NCBI RefSeq assembly: GCF_006345805.1
Contig: NW_021836000.1
Coordinates: forward strand, 124,001 to 188,000
Direction: 5' to 3'
Length of the DNA: 64,000 nt
DNA from: Octopus sinensis
Taxonomy: Eukaryota
A model generated the notes under the pieces. It saw only the letters and a program-made list of their open reading frames with translations, searched no databases and was not told the DNA's origin. This document shows positions 37,095-51,333 of the stretch, one piece after another. Position numbers and translations under genes: made by a program. Every line of letters begins with the position of its first letter. Position 1 is the stretch's first letter.

Positions 37095-38560
37095 TTGTTG
37101 TTGTTGCGTAACTCCGATCTCACATCAAGTTATGAGACCAGCAGATTGCAGAAATAACAGCGCCCTCCCAGATTGCTCCTATAGGACCTCCGGGGAGTGA
37201 ATGGCAAATTTTGTGCGGAGCGAAAGAAGACCAGGACAGCGGAATAGATGGGCAGTTGTGTGCTTGTCAGCACAGCAAATGGGACAAAAGGGGGAGATCG
37301 AGATGTCCATTTTATGAGGAGTGATGACCAGAACGGAAACGAGCCAAGTTTGTCTGGCCCGAACGGCTAAAAAGCAATTCAGAAGGGTGAACGTCAGGAG
37401 GAGATTTATTGAGTACAGAGTTAGGCGTCAGCTTAAGAATTGCTGACGTAGATATCGAATCGTGAATTCTCTTCATTGGATATGGACATTGGTGCAGGCC
37501 ATCAATTTTAGCAAGGATCCGGGAATATAGATTCGCCGGCGTGTTCTTCACTGAACGAGAATTTCCGTTTAGCACATGTAAGGCAGAGCAAGGATGATAG
37601 GGAATTCGAGATCCAAATAAAAATTGCGCTCCTCTCATATTTAGATAATCATCAATTGGATTTTCCTCGGGGGTTCACATAAGAGCTTCAATGAGAGTGA
37701 AGTTAGGAACAGCCCTAAGAAATCATCTCCATGGCATGAAAAATGATTTAGCTCTTCGATGTCCAAACACCAAACCAGCTTGATCGGATATCTGCAGTAT
37801 TTTTCCATCTCGGTTTTCTTTCGACAGCCAAAAGATAGGCATTTATAATTTAGGTCTCCTGCAATCAGTGCAAATTGGTTGTTTTTGAAGAAATCAGCAC
37901 TTGAGTTTTTGTTTTCAGCTAATTTCTTAGAGTAAATTCGCCCAATCAGAATCGGAATCTAGGAGGTGGATGGAATCTGTAGTTTTATTATTCTTCATTG
38001 AGGGACAGCCCTATATTTAGCCCGGTGTTCTAATGATTCACAATTGATGCATAGTTTCGTGCTTCCTCTCGAATTGGGGATTCTTTCCTATCATGAAGAC
38101 CGTTACAAGTAAAGCATCCTATTTATGCTTTGAAAAACGCGTGCTATACGCCCATAGGCTTGACATTTTTAACAACGAGTCTCATGCTTACAGAGCAATG
38201 CGTAGTCAATTTTCTAAAGCCAACGTTTAGTCCTAGTCGGATTAATGAATTTGCCTCACGTATCAAAGAGGATACTTACTTTCATACTAGTAAGCTTTTT
38301 CCAGACTTCATGAAACGTTCCACTTTAAATCCCGGTGAGAGTATCGTTGGGAAGAACTTCTAGAGTTCTTCATTACTTGCCCAGTATGGAAAATTCCTTA
38401 GGAAGATCTCCGATGAACGTAACTTAACCTGCCGTATTTGATGGCACTCAGAGCCAAAAAGTTTTAGCTCATCACCTCTATTTGGAAGTTTCTACCCTCC
38501 ACATGAGATCTGAACTCGAGTATAAATGCGCCATTCAATTTGGGTGAAATTCTAGCTTTT
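37095..38560 (-). mobile_element. I/Jockey-like LINE remnants (gag knuckles + 3' end with (CAA)n tail)
   Basis: CQAYG, CINCESLEHRAKY; LARFRSGHH, HTTAHLFRCP; TTGTTGTTG tail at about 37095. Confidence 0.65.
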
Positions 38561-39229
38561 AGAGGAGTTTAAATTGAGCATGGTATGTTGTATTTCTGTA
38601 TTTCGCAAAGTATTTGGCTGTTTATTATCAGATTGAGAGATATAGTTTCACGGGGAGTATCAGTATCTTATTTTCAATGTTAAGATTATTTTGAATTTTT
38701 GACATCACAAGAACGATGTGCTAAAATAAGACTTTTTCTTTCACATTACAAAATTTTTGTGAAACTCCTGATGTGAAAACATCCTTTCTTTGACATGAAT
38801 CTTTATAAAATTTTTTACTGTACTTATATTATGAAGATATCTAAAAAGCTACGTAGAGTTTTCTTTATTTATCTGAATTATTAATTTTTTTATAAATATT
38901 GTTTTTTAAGTATTTTGTCAAGAAAATTCAAAAGAGAGTTCTCTGTAAAAATCTCGCTAAATTTCACGCTGTCTACTAGAGGTTTAAAGTCTCTGGGTAT
39001 ATCCTCCAGGTAGATTATAAACAAAATAGAAAACAAAAATTTCTTTGCGGTATGCTATGCGATGTGGAGAAAAGCTGTGAAGTAGTTTTTCTCAGTGTTG
39101 TTGCTACTTGCCTGTTTTTCAAAAGTTTTTATATAATTCTGACGTTAATCAAATTTAAAAAATTGGTAGCTAAATGATTTTCCTTTATAAACTAAATAAA
39201 AGGTTTTTGTAATGTCTATTGAAAAGACC

Positions 39230-39980
39230 TCTATGCATTTTGCGTATTCTTCTCATAATGCCCATCCCCACTGTGTACTCGATAACATCGGCAATATCTA
39301 CTTTGGAAAAACCTACATTCATTCAGACACCCAGATATTGTGCGCATAGCCTTGTTTTGTACTGATTTAAGTGCCATTGTCGAGTTTATGAATAGGCAGG
39401 GCGCCCAGCTTGGACTTGCATAACTTAATACGGGCGTATGTATTGTTTGTAAACTCGATTGAGAAGTGGCTTCTGGGCGTCTGTAATGTGACCATTTATT
39501 GCTTTTAGTATGTTTGTGCGTCTGATTGCCTATCAGAAATGTTAGAGACATGCTTGTTGAAGGACATAGTTGGATCAAAAGTAAGTCCGAGGATAGTAGG
39601 GTTTTTGCATAATGGTAGGTCAGAACCAATGAGAGATAACTTTGGGTGAAGGTTTGATTGTCTTCTGTCGGAAGAAAATAAGGTGACCGATGATTTCGAG
39701 TCTGTTCTCAATTAACCAATTCTCAACGGAGTATAGTAGTTGCTGGATGTTGAGAGAGGCTGATATGTATAATCTACGTGTTTAGAAGCAATGATAATTT
39801 CATCTTCGTAAGATAATGTCAAGTTGTTTGGGTCATTAGCCGGAAAGTCATGTAAATATAAGTTAAATAGGGAAGGGGACAACACAGAGCTCTGCGGTAT
39901 CCCACTTGGAAGATAACGTTGTTTTGAACATCTGTAATTCATATTTTGCAGTTGGAATATGTCTCCATAGTGACCCATTG
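39230..39980 (-). mobile_element. LINE reverse transcriptase fragment
   Basis: GIPQSSVLSPSLFNLYLHD, YEDE (degenerate YADD), PTILGLTFD, VLSYASPSW, VQNKAMRTISG. Confidence 0.8.
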
Positions 39981-40075
39981 AAAATTCAGCATTTTACAAC
40001 TTTTTTTATTTATTTTAGATTTAATTACATTAATTAATTTATTTCAAATAAAAATGATATGTTCTAATTATTTTA

Positions 40076-40860
40076 ATGCTCAACATTCTCTTCTGCATAA
40101 TCTTATTTCATTCATACATCGCCAATTTGGATTGTAATTTGTCTCTCTTTAGAATGTTATACTTGATTAATTCATCATTATATATTTTAGCTCCAACTGT
40201 TTTTATAATGAAACAATTAAATGATGATTTGAAAACAATTAACATTTTTGATGGTGTCACATTTACAGAAAATCCACGATTAAGAATTTGATTTCTCTTA
40301 AAAAATTGTTACATTTTAACAATTATATATAGTCGATGCGCTAGTCATTCTCTACACAAACTAGTTGAAGATTCATTTGAAGGACTAGAATCGTTATTGT
40401 ACATGTATATTATTTATTTATATTCTATTGATTTCTGTTTGAATGTAGAATGCTTAATTACATCAATATCAATACTTTTTCTGGTGTTCCAATTACTTAC
40501 ATGTTTCACAAAAATAATTAATTTAAATTTAGGCATATGCCGAGCGGATCAGTTTTTATTCCTTTCAATTTTAAGGAGTAATAAGCTATTTAAAATAAAT
40601 TATTTAAGAAATCGTTTAGGAATCCATATGTTTCCCGATCAACATCTCTGTTTCTTTGAAAATACTGCACAGCCATTTAGGTTTGTTTTAATTTATTTTT
40701 CGTTTTAGCTTCCAGTTTTCAAACCACACATGGATATTTTTTAACAAGAATTTTGTTATGCTGTCTCATTCAACTATGCAGACTCAAGAATCCTACAGTA
40801 AAAAACTGTTTATTTAATAATAGTTTGCAATAATTGTCTACCAACACTAACTAAACATAA
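40076..40860 (+). CDS. Putative small secreted LRR-like protein (multi-exon)
   Basis: Hydrophobic N-terminus MLNILFCIILFHSYIA; LHKLVEDSFEGLESL LRR-like segment; micro-intron pattern. Model incomplete. Confidence 0.35.
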
Positions 40861-41735
40861 TTTGTTCATCTGATATAGAACTACAAATTGATATCAAATT
40901 TTGACCAAATAATATTTAATTAACGTTTTTTCTTGAAATAAATTTAATTTTACGAAATTCGAATTTTTATTTGATAGTAGTAATTAGCAAGGAACCTTAA
41001 GATTACTTTGTTTATAGAAAAGTCATACACACATCGCCATTTCACTGTGATAAGTAGTTGCGAATTCAAGTATTGATTGCAATCCAGTTTTACTTAAAAT
41101 GAAAAATTTTATTCTAGATTTAGTTACATTAATGTGTTCTAATTCTTTAAATGCTTGGGAAATTCTTTCGCCATCTGACACATAAAAATAAAAAGTAATT
41201 ATGAAGATACCAAAAATCCAATAATGAAGTACATTTCAATAATGAAGAATCCAATAATGAAGTAATTTGAACAGACTGATTACATTGAAGTTTAATCAAA
41301 CTCTGCTGAAAATTAAGTTCCTGATATTCTTTAAATGAAGTCACGAAAGGTTGAACGATCCAGTTTGGAATTGGATCTTCAACAAAAAAGAAATCATCAA
41401 ATTTTGTCTTGAAATTTCAGATGTTTGATTATCAGACTTAAAAGAAAATTATCAGGTGGATTAGTGTCCGAGATGATATTCAAGCATTAGGAACATTGTT
41501 GTTACTTTTTTTAATTTCATTACCAATAGTAATAACTTTTTTTAAAAGCCATTATTATTTGATTAACATTTTTGTCTTTACAGACTCTTCTGGCGCCTAA
41601 GTTGAGTAGGTTTCAGTTTATTGTTTCACAAAATTCTATGGCAAATCATGCATTTTGCCTTTATTTCATTATTTGAGGCTACTTTTGCCGTTATCTCCTA
41701 ATTTAAATTAATTAATTTTGTTTTCTTTATTAACA

Positions 41736-44700
41736 AATTTTTATTTTTTTTTTTTTTTTAGCCTATAATATGTTTTATTGTATTATTAAAGTCAAAATAC
41801 TAAGTAAAGTCAACAACTAATAAATTCTCCCAGCGAGACGGAGGGAACAGCTGTTGCCACGCATGACAGCCAGCAGGATCCTCTGAATGAGGAAAGTAAA
41901 TTCCCTAGGGTCCTTGGACCGCGAAGAACAAAGATGTCCCAGTTTCTTTAGGGAAGTGAGGGTCCCGGAGCAAAGACGCCGGAAGTCTCGACAACGATTG
42001 GCCCAAACCAAAGTCATCCATCAAAGACTGATATTTCCGGCACTTCGAAAGCTCAGCCTTATTAGCACGAGACCCAGCAAGAGAGGCCGATTCGTTGATG
42101 AAAGACTTTGAGAAGGTATCCACACAAGTGGAATCCCAGACCAAAGGTCTCCCAGAATAAAACGAGAACAACGTAGAGCCGTCCGGCCTTTTCCCGTCAC
42201 CACGGTCGAGACCCTTAGGCTCAAGGACAGAAGGGTAGCCGGCCTTTTCGAGTGAGTCGAGAATGATTCTGTTAATCGCCGAATGGCGTGGAATACGACC
42301 CGCGCTTTTCTTGCAGGAGAGGGCATGGAGCCCGTATACGTCCATAGTAGATCCGCACGGCAGGGGTGGGGACTACAGATCGGAAGTCCGAGGCGGAGGC
42401 AAATGCCAAAACGGAGGGCGTCGGAGTCAAGACAGGTGTCCAAATGGGTCGAAGGAAGGCAGTTAAGCCAAGAGCCAGAATGCGGTTGGCGGCTGGCACG
42501 GTAACAAGCCAGTCTGTGCTGGTTCAGGAGAGCCTCCAACGAGTCCGCATGATGCTTACTAAGAATTTTATCCCATTCACGTTGGAGGGACCTATCAGAA
42601 GGGAACTCAAGCCCTTTTTCCTTCAAAGCAAAAGTGCAGAATTAATATCAGAGTCCAAACGAGATCGGGCGATTTTTCAAGAATCTTATGGACAAGAAGA
42701 TACAATCCTGAAGACGATGAAAGGAAAGCGGGAGAGAAATGTCGAGAGCCGAGCGGAGCCCAAGCCCACCAAAAGGAACAGGAAGTTTGGCCTGACGCCA
42801 ACCGACATCATCGAACTTGACGTTAAAAATAATCTCGGCTGAAGAACGCACCAGAGCGTCAAAAGACTCCAAAGCAGAGGAACAGAAGCAACAGGAACTC
42901 CTTAGGACATAATTGATCCTCGGAATCAAAAGAAAGTTTTGAGGATAAAAAAAGCGGGATGGGATCGATGTCCACAAGTTTATCACAAAGAGAAGCAAGA
43001 GCATTTCTCTTGGAATCGAGAATACGAGGAGACCGATTGGTGGTGGATCGGGGCACCAGGATTTCAAGTTCAGAATAAGAGGTCTGCCTCAGATCGGGCA
43101 AGAGGCCACGAAACTGGGCAAAAAGGTCTTCGAAGGTGAGGTCTTCGACGTTAAGATTAACGATTTCAGATTTTAGAGAATTGATTTCAAGACCAATAGA
43201 TGACAACGCCGGGAGTAGAGATTGCAAGTCGTTTAGCAAAATGTCGGGCGGACCACCAATAGTATAGTCGTCCAAATACCAAATATTAAGAGGGGACGCA
43301 ATCCTGCGGGCGACAAAGTCCACCGAGAGGGCAAATAATAAAGGACCCAAAGGATCGCCTTGCTGTACGCCACAGGAAGACGAAATGAAAGAATCGCCAG
43401 CAACCAAGAGGGTCGGGTTACCATAAGAAAGAAAAATGAAGGGCAGCAGAGAAGGAATTCTGGCCTTGCAAACCTCAAGAAGATGCTTTCTATTGAGCGA
43501 ATTGAAAGCGTTCTTCACATCCAATTTTAATAATAACTGGGGCCTCTGAGAGACGAGCCGATTCAATGAAACACCGGGCAGCGTGGACCGAGGCCTCGCA
43601 CCCACCAGGTACCCCCACACCCAACTGAATGGGCTGGAGTTCGTCGCTAATAGAAGGAATTACAAGCTTGCATCCGACCTTTGCAAACAAGCGACGAAAA
43701 ACGTTCCCGACGGCAATAGGTCTGATGCCGCCGTCTTTCTTCCCAAAGCAGACAGGTTCGCAGAGAAGAAGAGCAGTCTGGCATGCTCGGATATGTCCCA
43801 CGCGGAGAAATAGGTTATGGCAATGGCAATGGATTGAGAAAGACGGTTTCCAGCCTCAGCAGTATTGGAGATGAGGTCCATATTAGTGAATGGGACGGAG
43901 ACCGTCAACACCACCACTACTGTTCCCCCTGAAAGATTTCAAAGCAAACAAAAGTTGTTGGACAGATGAAGAGGCGATCGAGACCTCCTCAGGGGTCCGG
44001 GCACAAAAGGCAGGGACATCGCCAGCCGGGTGCTTGGCGCTGAGAATTTTGAGGACATCCGGGGTTATCGAACGGACGGAATCGGAAGACGAAAGAATAC
44101 GGACCGCAGGGCCGACATCATGCGATAAGGCAGGAATTGACACGTTTGCGTAAACGAATACGATTATCTTTAAGAGTAGTTGGTTCATGGGACTTGCCCA
44201 GAAGAGGAGGCAGAATGAAGGAATCCTCCATGAACTTATTAATATTTCCTTGATGGAAGAGGAAAGGGATTTTACCGAGCCCAAGCCTTGAACTGGGGAG
44301 CCCAGGGCAAATATGGCAAAGCAAAACAAACGGTTCCAATCGGAATGGACTGAACACAAATGACTGACTCGATCAAAGCAGACAGAGCCTTCGCCGCGGA
44401 AAAACGGGCAGAACGAGGAATTCTTATAGGAATACGATAGGACGCCCGGTAATCACGAGCGAGTCTTAAGACAGACTCTGGATTAAGCAGGAAGGGGTCC
44501 GGGCGAAGGGATAGGATTAGTAAAATCAGAGGACCCGGTACAGATGGCAGGAGCGAAATATGACGGGGGGAAAGAAGAGCAAGCAGAGCAAACCCATCGG
44601 GAAAGGGAAGAGGCAGATTTCTTAGAAAGCTTGATGCAGGATAAATGGAAAAAGGCATAACAACGGTCACAACGGATGGTCTTTTTCCGATTATTACGGA

Positions 44701-44846
44701 TATTGCAAACAGAACAGACAGACAGACATAGATATGGAAAATTAGAATTAGCAATAAATGGATTATTGGTGAGATAGAAAGAAAGAGAAAGAGGAAAAGA
44801 AAAACAAAAAGAGAAAGGGAAGCAACAATGGATTATTGGATAGCAA

Positions 44847-44878
<32 letters not shown>

Positions 44879-44924
44879 GTGCACCACAACAGCAACAACG
44901 TGCAGATTATTTTAGTTTAAAAAA
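41736..44924 (-). mobile_element. Near full-length CRE-like non-LTR retrotransposon (PHD-RT-CCHC-RLE)
   Basis: PHD finger CSVC..RCDRC..FHLSC..WVCSAC; GIRPIAVGNVFRRL, QLGVGVPGGCE, LDVKNAFNSL, GVQQGDPLGPLLF, WYLDD; RPDG/WDSTCVDT; poly(A) at about 41738-41759; candidate TSD TTATTAACA; many 1-bp frameshifts. Confidence 0.93.
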
Positions 44925-45002
44925 TTATTAACAGCTCTTTTCTTTTTTTAGACGGATTTAAATGATTTAATGATCTAAATTTCCATTTTGTTAAGGAAAT
45001 TA

Positions 45003-45939
45003 CAGTGGAACTTGTCTAAACCGAACTCCGACGGGACCATGAAAATAGACCGGTTTATAGAGAGATCCGGTTTATCAAGGTTTTGAAATTTATGAACATA
45101 ATCTTACCAAAAGGACTTAAAGTAAGATTCTATTTATTAAGAAAATCTGTCAAAAAAGATTGTTTAAGGTTTGATTTTTTTCACAATGGCCGTGTGTTCA
45201 GAATCATTAATTCTTTATTGACGGAAGGAGAGAAGGATCCTCCGTACAAGCGAAGTGCTGTATATCTTCGAGAATTGAGCGAATGTCAATGCGAGTTAAT
45301 TTGACTTCGTCTGCTTTTTGCGACTCGTCATCGTGGTTAGAATCACTCGGACTCTCCGCATCAGTTGGTTTTCTTGGAAGATGCTGCTCCAAGATGGCAT
45401 TTTCCCATTCGTCGAAATCTAGCCCTCTAAAACCATTCCCAAGTGATCTTATTTATATCATCAACTTGCATTTATTTTCAAAAACGCTTTTTCTTGCTGT
45501 TTCCATTGTCATCGTATATGTCCAGATATTTAGTAGAGTTTTTCAAAATATCAGATACAGTGCTGGTCCCAATACCATATTTTTGGCTTAGATCTTTCTG
45601 TGTAACTTAGGTGTGGATTGATAATCTTTTATGAGTTAAACTTTATGGTTCAGGTCGAGTTCACAACGAGTACGTTTCATTGATATTAAGTCAAATAAAA
45701 ACTTATTAACTTTTAAAATTATTATTTTTAATTTTTAAAAATACTTCTTTGTTCGGTTTGCACAGTGTGAAAAAAGCCGTTGGGACTTGACATTACGGCC
45801 GGTTTCAGAATATAGAGGATCCGGAATAAAGAGATGAAATTTATATTGAAAAATACTGTAAAAAATTGGGACCGGAGAAAACGGCCGGTATACGGAGAGA
45901 TCAGGTATATTTAGGGGTTGGTTTAGACAAGTTCCGCTG
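45003..45939 (-). mobile_element. Internally deleted Tigger element
   Basis: TIR CAG(T/C)GGAACTTGTCTAAACC with TA TSD; HTH KYGIGTSTVSDILKN and C-terminal KQSFLTDFL. Confidence 0.9.
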
Positions 45940-46063
45940 TACTTTAATTTTTTAAACTTTTTTAATAATTCTTTAAGTGTATAAAATATTTTTTGTAAAG
46001 TTTGTCATTGAACCCTCAATCGTGATAAAATAAGAATTAATATTAATTTAGCTTTCATCTCAT

Positions 46064-48533
46064 TTATTTCCATGAATTCGTGATTGATGAATTGATTTTC
46101 TTAAACTCAAAATGACAAGATTCCGTGATTCTTTGGCTTTCGAATTTTTGCCTTTGGAAGTAAATATAGGATTTAATTGTGTCTAACCGACAAATATTTA
46201 TAAGATCGGCATTTGTTAACAACTAAAATATTTTTTTCAGTTCTGTGCCCCTTTATATAGGTTACTGATTGAAATTTTTTACTAGTCATCCACACTTTAC
46301 GGTCAACTTCAGCAGTTGCGAAATCTGCATACAAAGTTCTCAATTTAGAATTTTTACGTCTTTTAAAGTTGTTTAGCTAATCATTGCTTGTTTAAACTGT
46401 TTAATTTTATATTCTTGCATTTTAACAAAATCGTTTTATCATCGTAAAAAATTAACTTCGAAACCCAATAAATTTTATTCAAGTGAAAAGTAATCGCGGT
46501 CAAGAAAAACTTGCATTATCCCCTTATAAGATTCTAGAAGGTTCAAACTTTTTCAAAATTATATCCGGAACTGTCCTGAAATCTAACAAGTTTGTTGTTT
46601 TCAGAGACTAGAGGATGATAATTATTTGAGAAAAATACTGAAACTTATAAAAAAATCTTTCAAGCAACTCAATGAATCATTTTTTAAAAATAGAAAATGT
46701 ATACAAAAAATATGAATATCAAATATTGAAAATATCAACAAGTGTTGATGATCGAGAAACATTCTAACGGGCGATTTCATCTTTCTTATGAGGATTAATT
46801 TCATGGGCCAAATCCTTGTTCATTATTCCAAATGATGAACAAAATCTTAGATTTGGACTAAATTCCCATTTTTAACAGACAGGCAAGTCCCAAAAACGTT
46901 TTTTCCAACAAAATTTCTTTCATTGCCTCAGCAATTTGTCTAAGACGAAATTTGAAAATTAAACAGCCGTCATTTTCCAAGTCATACTTAGTCTTTATTT
47001 TAATAAAAAATACACTAAATGAGTGTGTGAATTGTCTAATATAAGACGCGATACAAACATGTGAAGCCACGGGGTGTTCTACACGCACTGACAAACAAAA
47101 AACTAAAATATTAAATTTTTAAAAACCATATAAAAACGGTTGTGGGAGCATCAAAGGAATCGTTTTCATTGATAATCTTAGATAAGCCATTATTGGCTTA
47201 TTTAATCTAAACTTAAATATTTAGTTTTTATTTACTTTTCTTTTCTCTTCGACGACTTTCCAGCAATTTTCTTTCATAGGAATTTTTTTCACTTTCACAA
47301 TCTTCCTGAATTTCACCGTCTTCTAAACACTCAACCAGTTTGGATCTTCAGTCTTTTTTTCTACATTTTCTAGAATTTGAGTTCTTTTTGATAATCTTTT
47401 CTTTTTAACATGTTTCTTTTTAGTTTTTTTTCTGAATATTTTGAGGTCGTTTTTTGTTTGTTCTGTTTTCTTGATTCTAGTACGTTCCAGTTTTTGTTCT
47501 TTTCTTCAACAAATTGTTCCAAAAGTGTACTCTTTCTTTTTTTCTTTTTACTGTAATTTTCTAGATTTTCAATTTCTTTTATCTTCTCAATTTCAGAATT
47601 ATCTAAAATTTCACTTTCATCTTCTTTCTTAACAGTTCCAGAATTTTTTGAACTTTCTCATTATTGTTTTCAAAACAAGTATGGCTTTCGTTCTTTCCAA
47701 TATCCCATCTAGATTGTCTAGAGACCTTTACTGTCTAAATAAAGTTTTTTGACATTTTTTCAAATCATACATTATTTTCCTCCCTCCAATCTCACACAAA
47801 ATCTTCTCAAGTCTGGTAATCGCCAAGGGATTAAACAGTCCTTTGTAATTGCCTACAGTCTCACTGAGCTTATAAATATTCTAATCAATAATCGAACAAT
47901 TTAATCATACCTGATATGTTTGATCTTGTCTTACGTTTAATACTAGTAACTGTATTAAGGAAATTCAACATAAAGTTTTTTAGCCTGGTTATCAACTAAA
48001 AATATATTAATTCTGACTTGTCTTTGCTAGAAATTGGTTTTGAGGATTTCTCCCAATGTCATCAATTGAGAAATGAGGTGATTCAGAAAGAGATGATTGT
48101 TAAATATAAATATCCACGTTTTTAAAACATTGATAATTTTTTCCTAAAAATAAATTCGGAAAAAACTCGGTCTTGTATTGGACAATTGTAAATGTTTATA
48201 AATGTATCAGAAATATTGTATAAAAATTGATAAATGAAAATAAAATTATCTTCGGATTCCTTTAATGAGCCGACAAATAAATCCAATATATAAAATGCCC
48301 ATAATTTAAGTTCTTGTGGGCACTAATAAAATATGTAATTTTTAAAACTTGAAAGATAAATTTTTCAAGGACAAGGACGATATGTTTATAGTGAGATATT
48401 GCATTAATTCCTGTCTTTTTTAATTCAATCAAAGTCGTTTGGCTGACTGATGGGTATTTTATGGTTGAAAGCTGTTAAAGTTATGGATATCAATTTTTAT
48501 CACCACGTGAATAAATTTATTTACATTGTCCAT
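46064..48533 (-). CDS. SCAF4/SCAF8-like SR-related CTD-associated factor (CID + K/R/S-rich + RRM-like), multi-exon
   Basis: MDNVNKF...INAISHYKHIVLVLEKFIFQCPQELKLWAFYILD...DTFINIYNCP...EKIINVLKTW resembles the SCAF CID (AIKFYKHVVQSVEKFIQKC...KIVRVLNLW); 3' end approximate. Confidence 0.75.
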
Positions 48534-50394
48534 TAGAATTATTGTGTAATCATAGTTTATTAAATAAACAAGTTTTATTTGAAAATAACAAAAAACCAAA
48601 AAATAATAAAAAATCAAAAATATTGTATCTTCATCGTCTGACGAATACTGAAAATAAATTATAAAGAATTCTCTTAAAAATAAATATCTTATATTTCAAG
48701 AGAGTTCGTTTCGCCATTATGTGACGTTAGTTTAAAATTTACTTCAAATTTTAACAAGCGTCGATATGGCATTTATTCTGGTTGGATTACACGAATTTAG
48801 GATTTTTATTGTAATTTATAATTTAATGCTTCCCATTTCAATCTTATAAGCGATATCAGTTATGTTGGCTACATAGAATAAAATCGTTTCATATTTTAAG
48901 ATAAATTATATTTCAAATTTCTCATTTTTCATTTCTCTGCTTTATAAAAATAGTTTATTATTAAGGGTTTTTAATTTTTAAAATTTAAAAATTTTAACAA
49001 TTTCAATATTTCTAAAATATTGTCCTCGACGCTAAGTCATTGCTTTCCATAAGTCTTCTAAATTGTACGCCTGTATATTAGACACTCACTATTTTTGTAA
49101 CCGTCGGTATTCCACAATGATAAGTAATCATTTAGCGGATTATTTGTAGCCTATTATAATCAATCAAATAAACAAATCAAATATGACTGGGCAATCCAAA
49201 TTAGTTATTGGCAACACAGGAAGCAAGCAATTCACATCTAAACCATCTGGGACCAACAGTAGATCTTAGACGGTAACAGAAAGGTTAATATCTCTATTAT
49301 TTATTTCCATTAACATTTGAAAGATTATTTTTTGGTTAGTCCAAATTTATTAAAGTGTAATTAATTATTTAATTTTTAAAGTTGAAATTGAATTGTTATA
49401 ATTTAATAAAACTATTCTTTCCAATTCCTCAACAAATAGAATTTTTCAATCAAAAATATTATCGTTAAAATTCAGTTTGGTTCACTTTAGCGAAATATTC
49501 TGACAAACCAACACAGGTAGGGAACGGTTTATAATAAAAAAATAAAAGTTAATTAAAAAATTTAGATTTCAAATTGAGAACAATTGGCATTTCGTTTTTT
49601 GAAAGCAAAATTGTGAGAAATTGTGTCTTATTGAGTTGTAAAGAATTCTTAAACACATATTAATCATGAACCAAAATTGAAACATTGAATGACCTTCATT
49701 TATAAATCCTGTCTCTATCTGAGATTAGATTAAACATAGAATTATAATTGTTAACTTCATTTTTATTAAACGATTAAAAGAAATTAACGTTCATGTAATT
49801 TGATATCAAAATATTAATACATTCATGTAGAATCAGCACTTTAAAAGTTAAAAAAACAGGGATTGCCTGTAGTGGACTATTTTATAATATTTTATTATAA
49901 ACGAAAAGAAGAAACATCTGATAAACAAATAGAACTTTATTCAAATTCAAATTTCAAAGAAATTAACAATTATACTAAAACTTTGCTCAATAAATGTACA
50001 TCCTATTCAATTACTTGATAAAAAACTGATCTTGTCGGGTTATTTAATTATTTAGGTAAAAAACCAAAAATAGAACAATGTTTGATTCCGTAAAGAAAAC
50101 TTGTTCTATGGTAGATTCCGATAAGAAACTAGCAAACAATCAAAAATATAATTCTTTCATTAAATCAATAAAAAAATATGTATTGCCTGAACATTCAAAT
50201 TTATAAATTGTAACAAAAATTTGAGAAACATTGTAGATAGAGTGTAAGGACCTCAGAGACTGCCATCATAATCATCATGCAATATTAATAATGATTTAAC
50301 TATTTTAGTTAGTTAATAGAACTTAATAGAATTTTAGAGTTTTCTGGATGAAGATAATACATGGCTGATCCGTTTTCTTTTATCTAGTACTGAA

Positions 50395-51333
50395 TAAGCT
50401 GTACGGCTTAGGAATATGACATCGATGCTTTTCACGACTACGGTTGGAACACCTCAGGGAGACTCTCTATCTTGAATTTTATTCATCTTATACGGGGAGG
50501 CCTCACTGAGAGCTCTCAGAATTAAATGTGGAGGACCTGGCATGTGGCGGATCAATGTGGAGGACCTGGCATATGAAATAATTGGTTCCATTATATATGC
50601 AGATGGCATAGACTTTGAGTCAGAAAAGTATTTGGAATTCAAACTTGTTTTTAAAAAAATTCCCAACGAATTTAAGAATTGGTCCCTACATGTTAATAAA
50701 GAAAAGACCGAACACATAAGAATTACAAGGGAATTAAAACATTGATGAAAACTAAAGGAAAAAAGGAAACTGAGATCGCTACTTTATGATAGCAAGGACA
50801 TGATATATAAAAGAGTGCTATCCAGTCCAATGTATAAGAAATGCAAGTCGACCAAAGCTAATAAAAACAAAACTCTGAATAAGGCTATACAACTCGTATA
50901 TAAAACCGTACTTGTCTACAACTCGAGTACATGGAGAGTCACAGAGTTAGAACTCAAGAAAATAGACACATTTTATCGAAAGCTATTACGCAATTTACTC
51001 AGCCTAGATTGGGCAACAAAGATTTCCAACAAGAAATTGTACTCTATGAAATAATTGGTTCCAATAAGTACTGAAATTATCGAATCAAGATGGAGGCTAT
51101 TTGGTCATGTACTTAGAATTGACATAAACACTCCCGCAAAAATTACAATAGACAATTACTTTGACAATGAAAACAAAACATCCTTCAAAGAAAAACCTAG
51201 AGTCACTCTCCTTGTTCTTCTAAACAAGGTTCTTAATAAAATTGGAAAAAACCTAGAAGACGTGAGAAACAGATACCGATGGAGAAGCTTGGAGAATAAA
51301 ATCTCGAAACGTGTGGCACAAAAAGGACCTTAG
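50395..51333 (+). mobile_element. RTE-like LINE RT fragment
   Basis: GTPQGDSLS, YADG, LVYNSSTW, RWRLFGHVLR. Confidence 0.85.

Noticed and set aside
41817-44754. Many overlapping ORFs as separate genes or programmed frameshifts
   Set aside because: All are pieces or antisense shadows of a single retrotransposon ORF broken by 1-bp indels.
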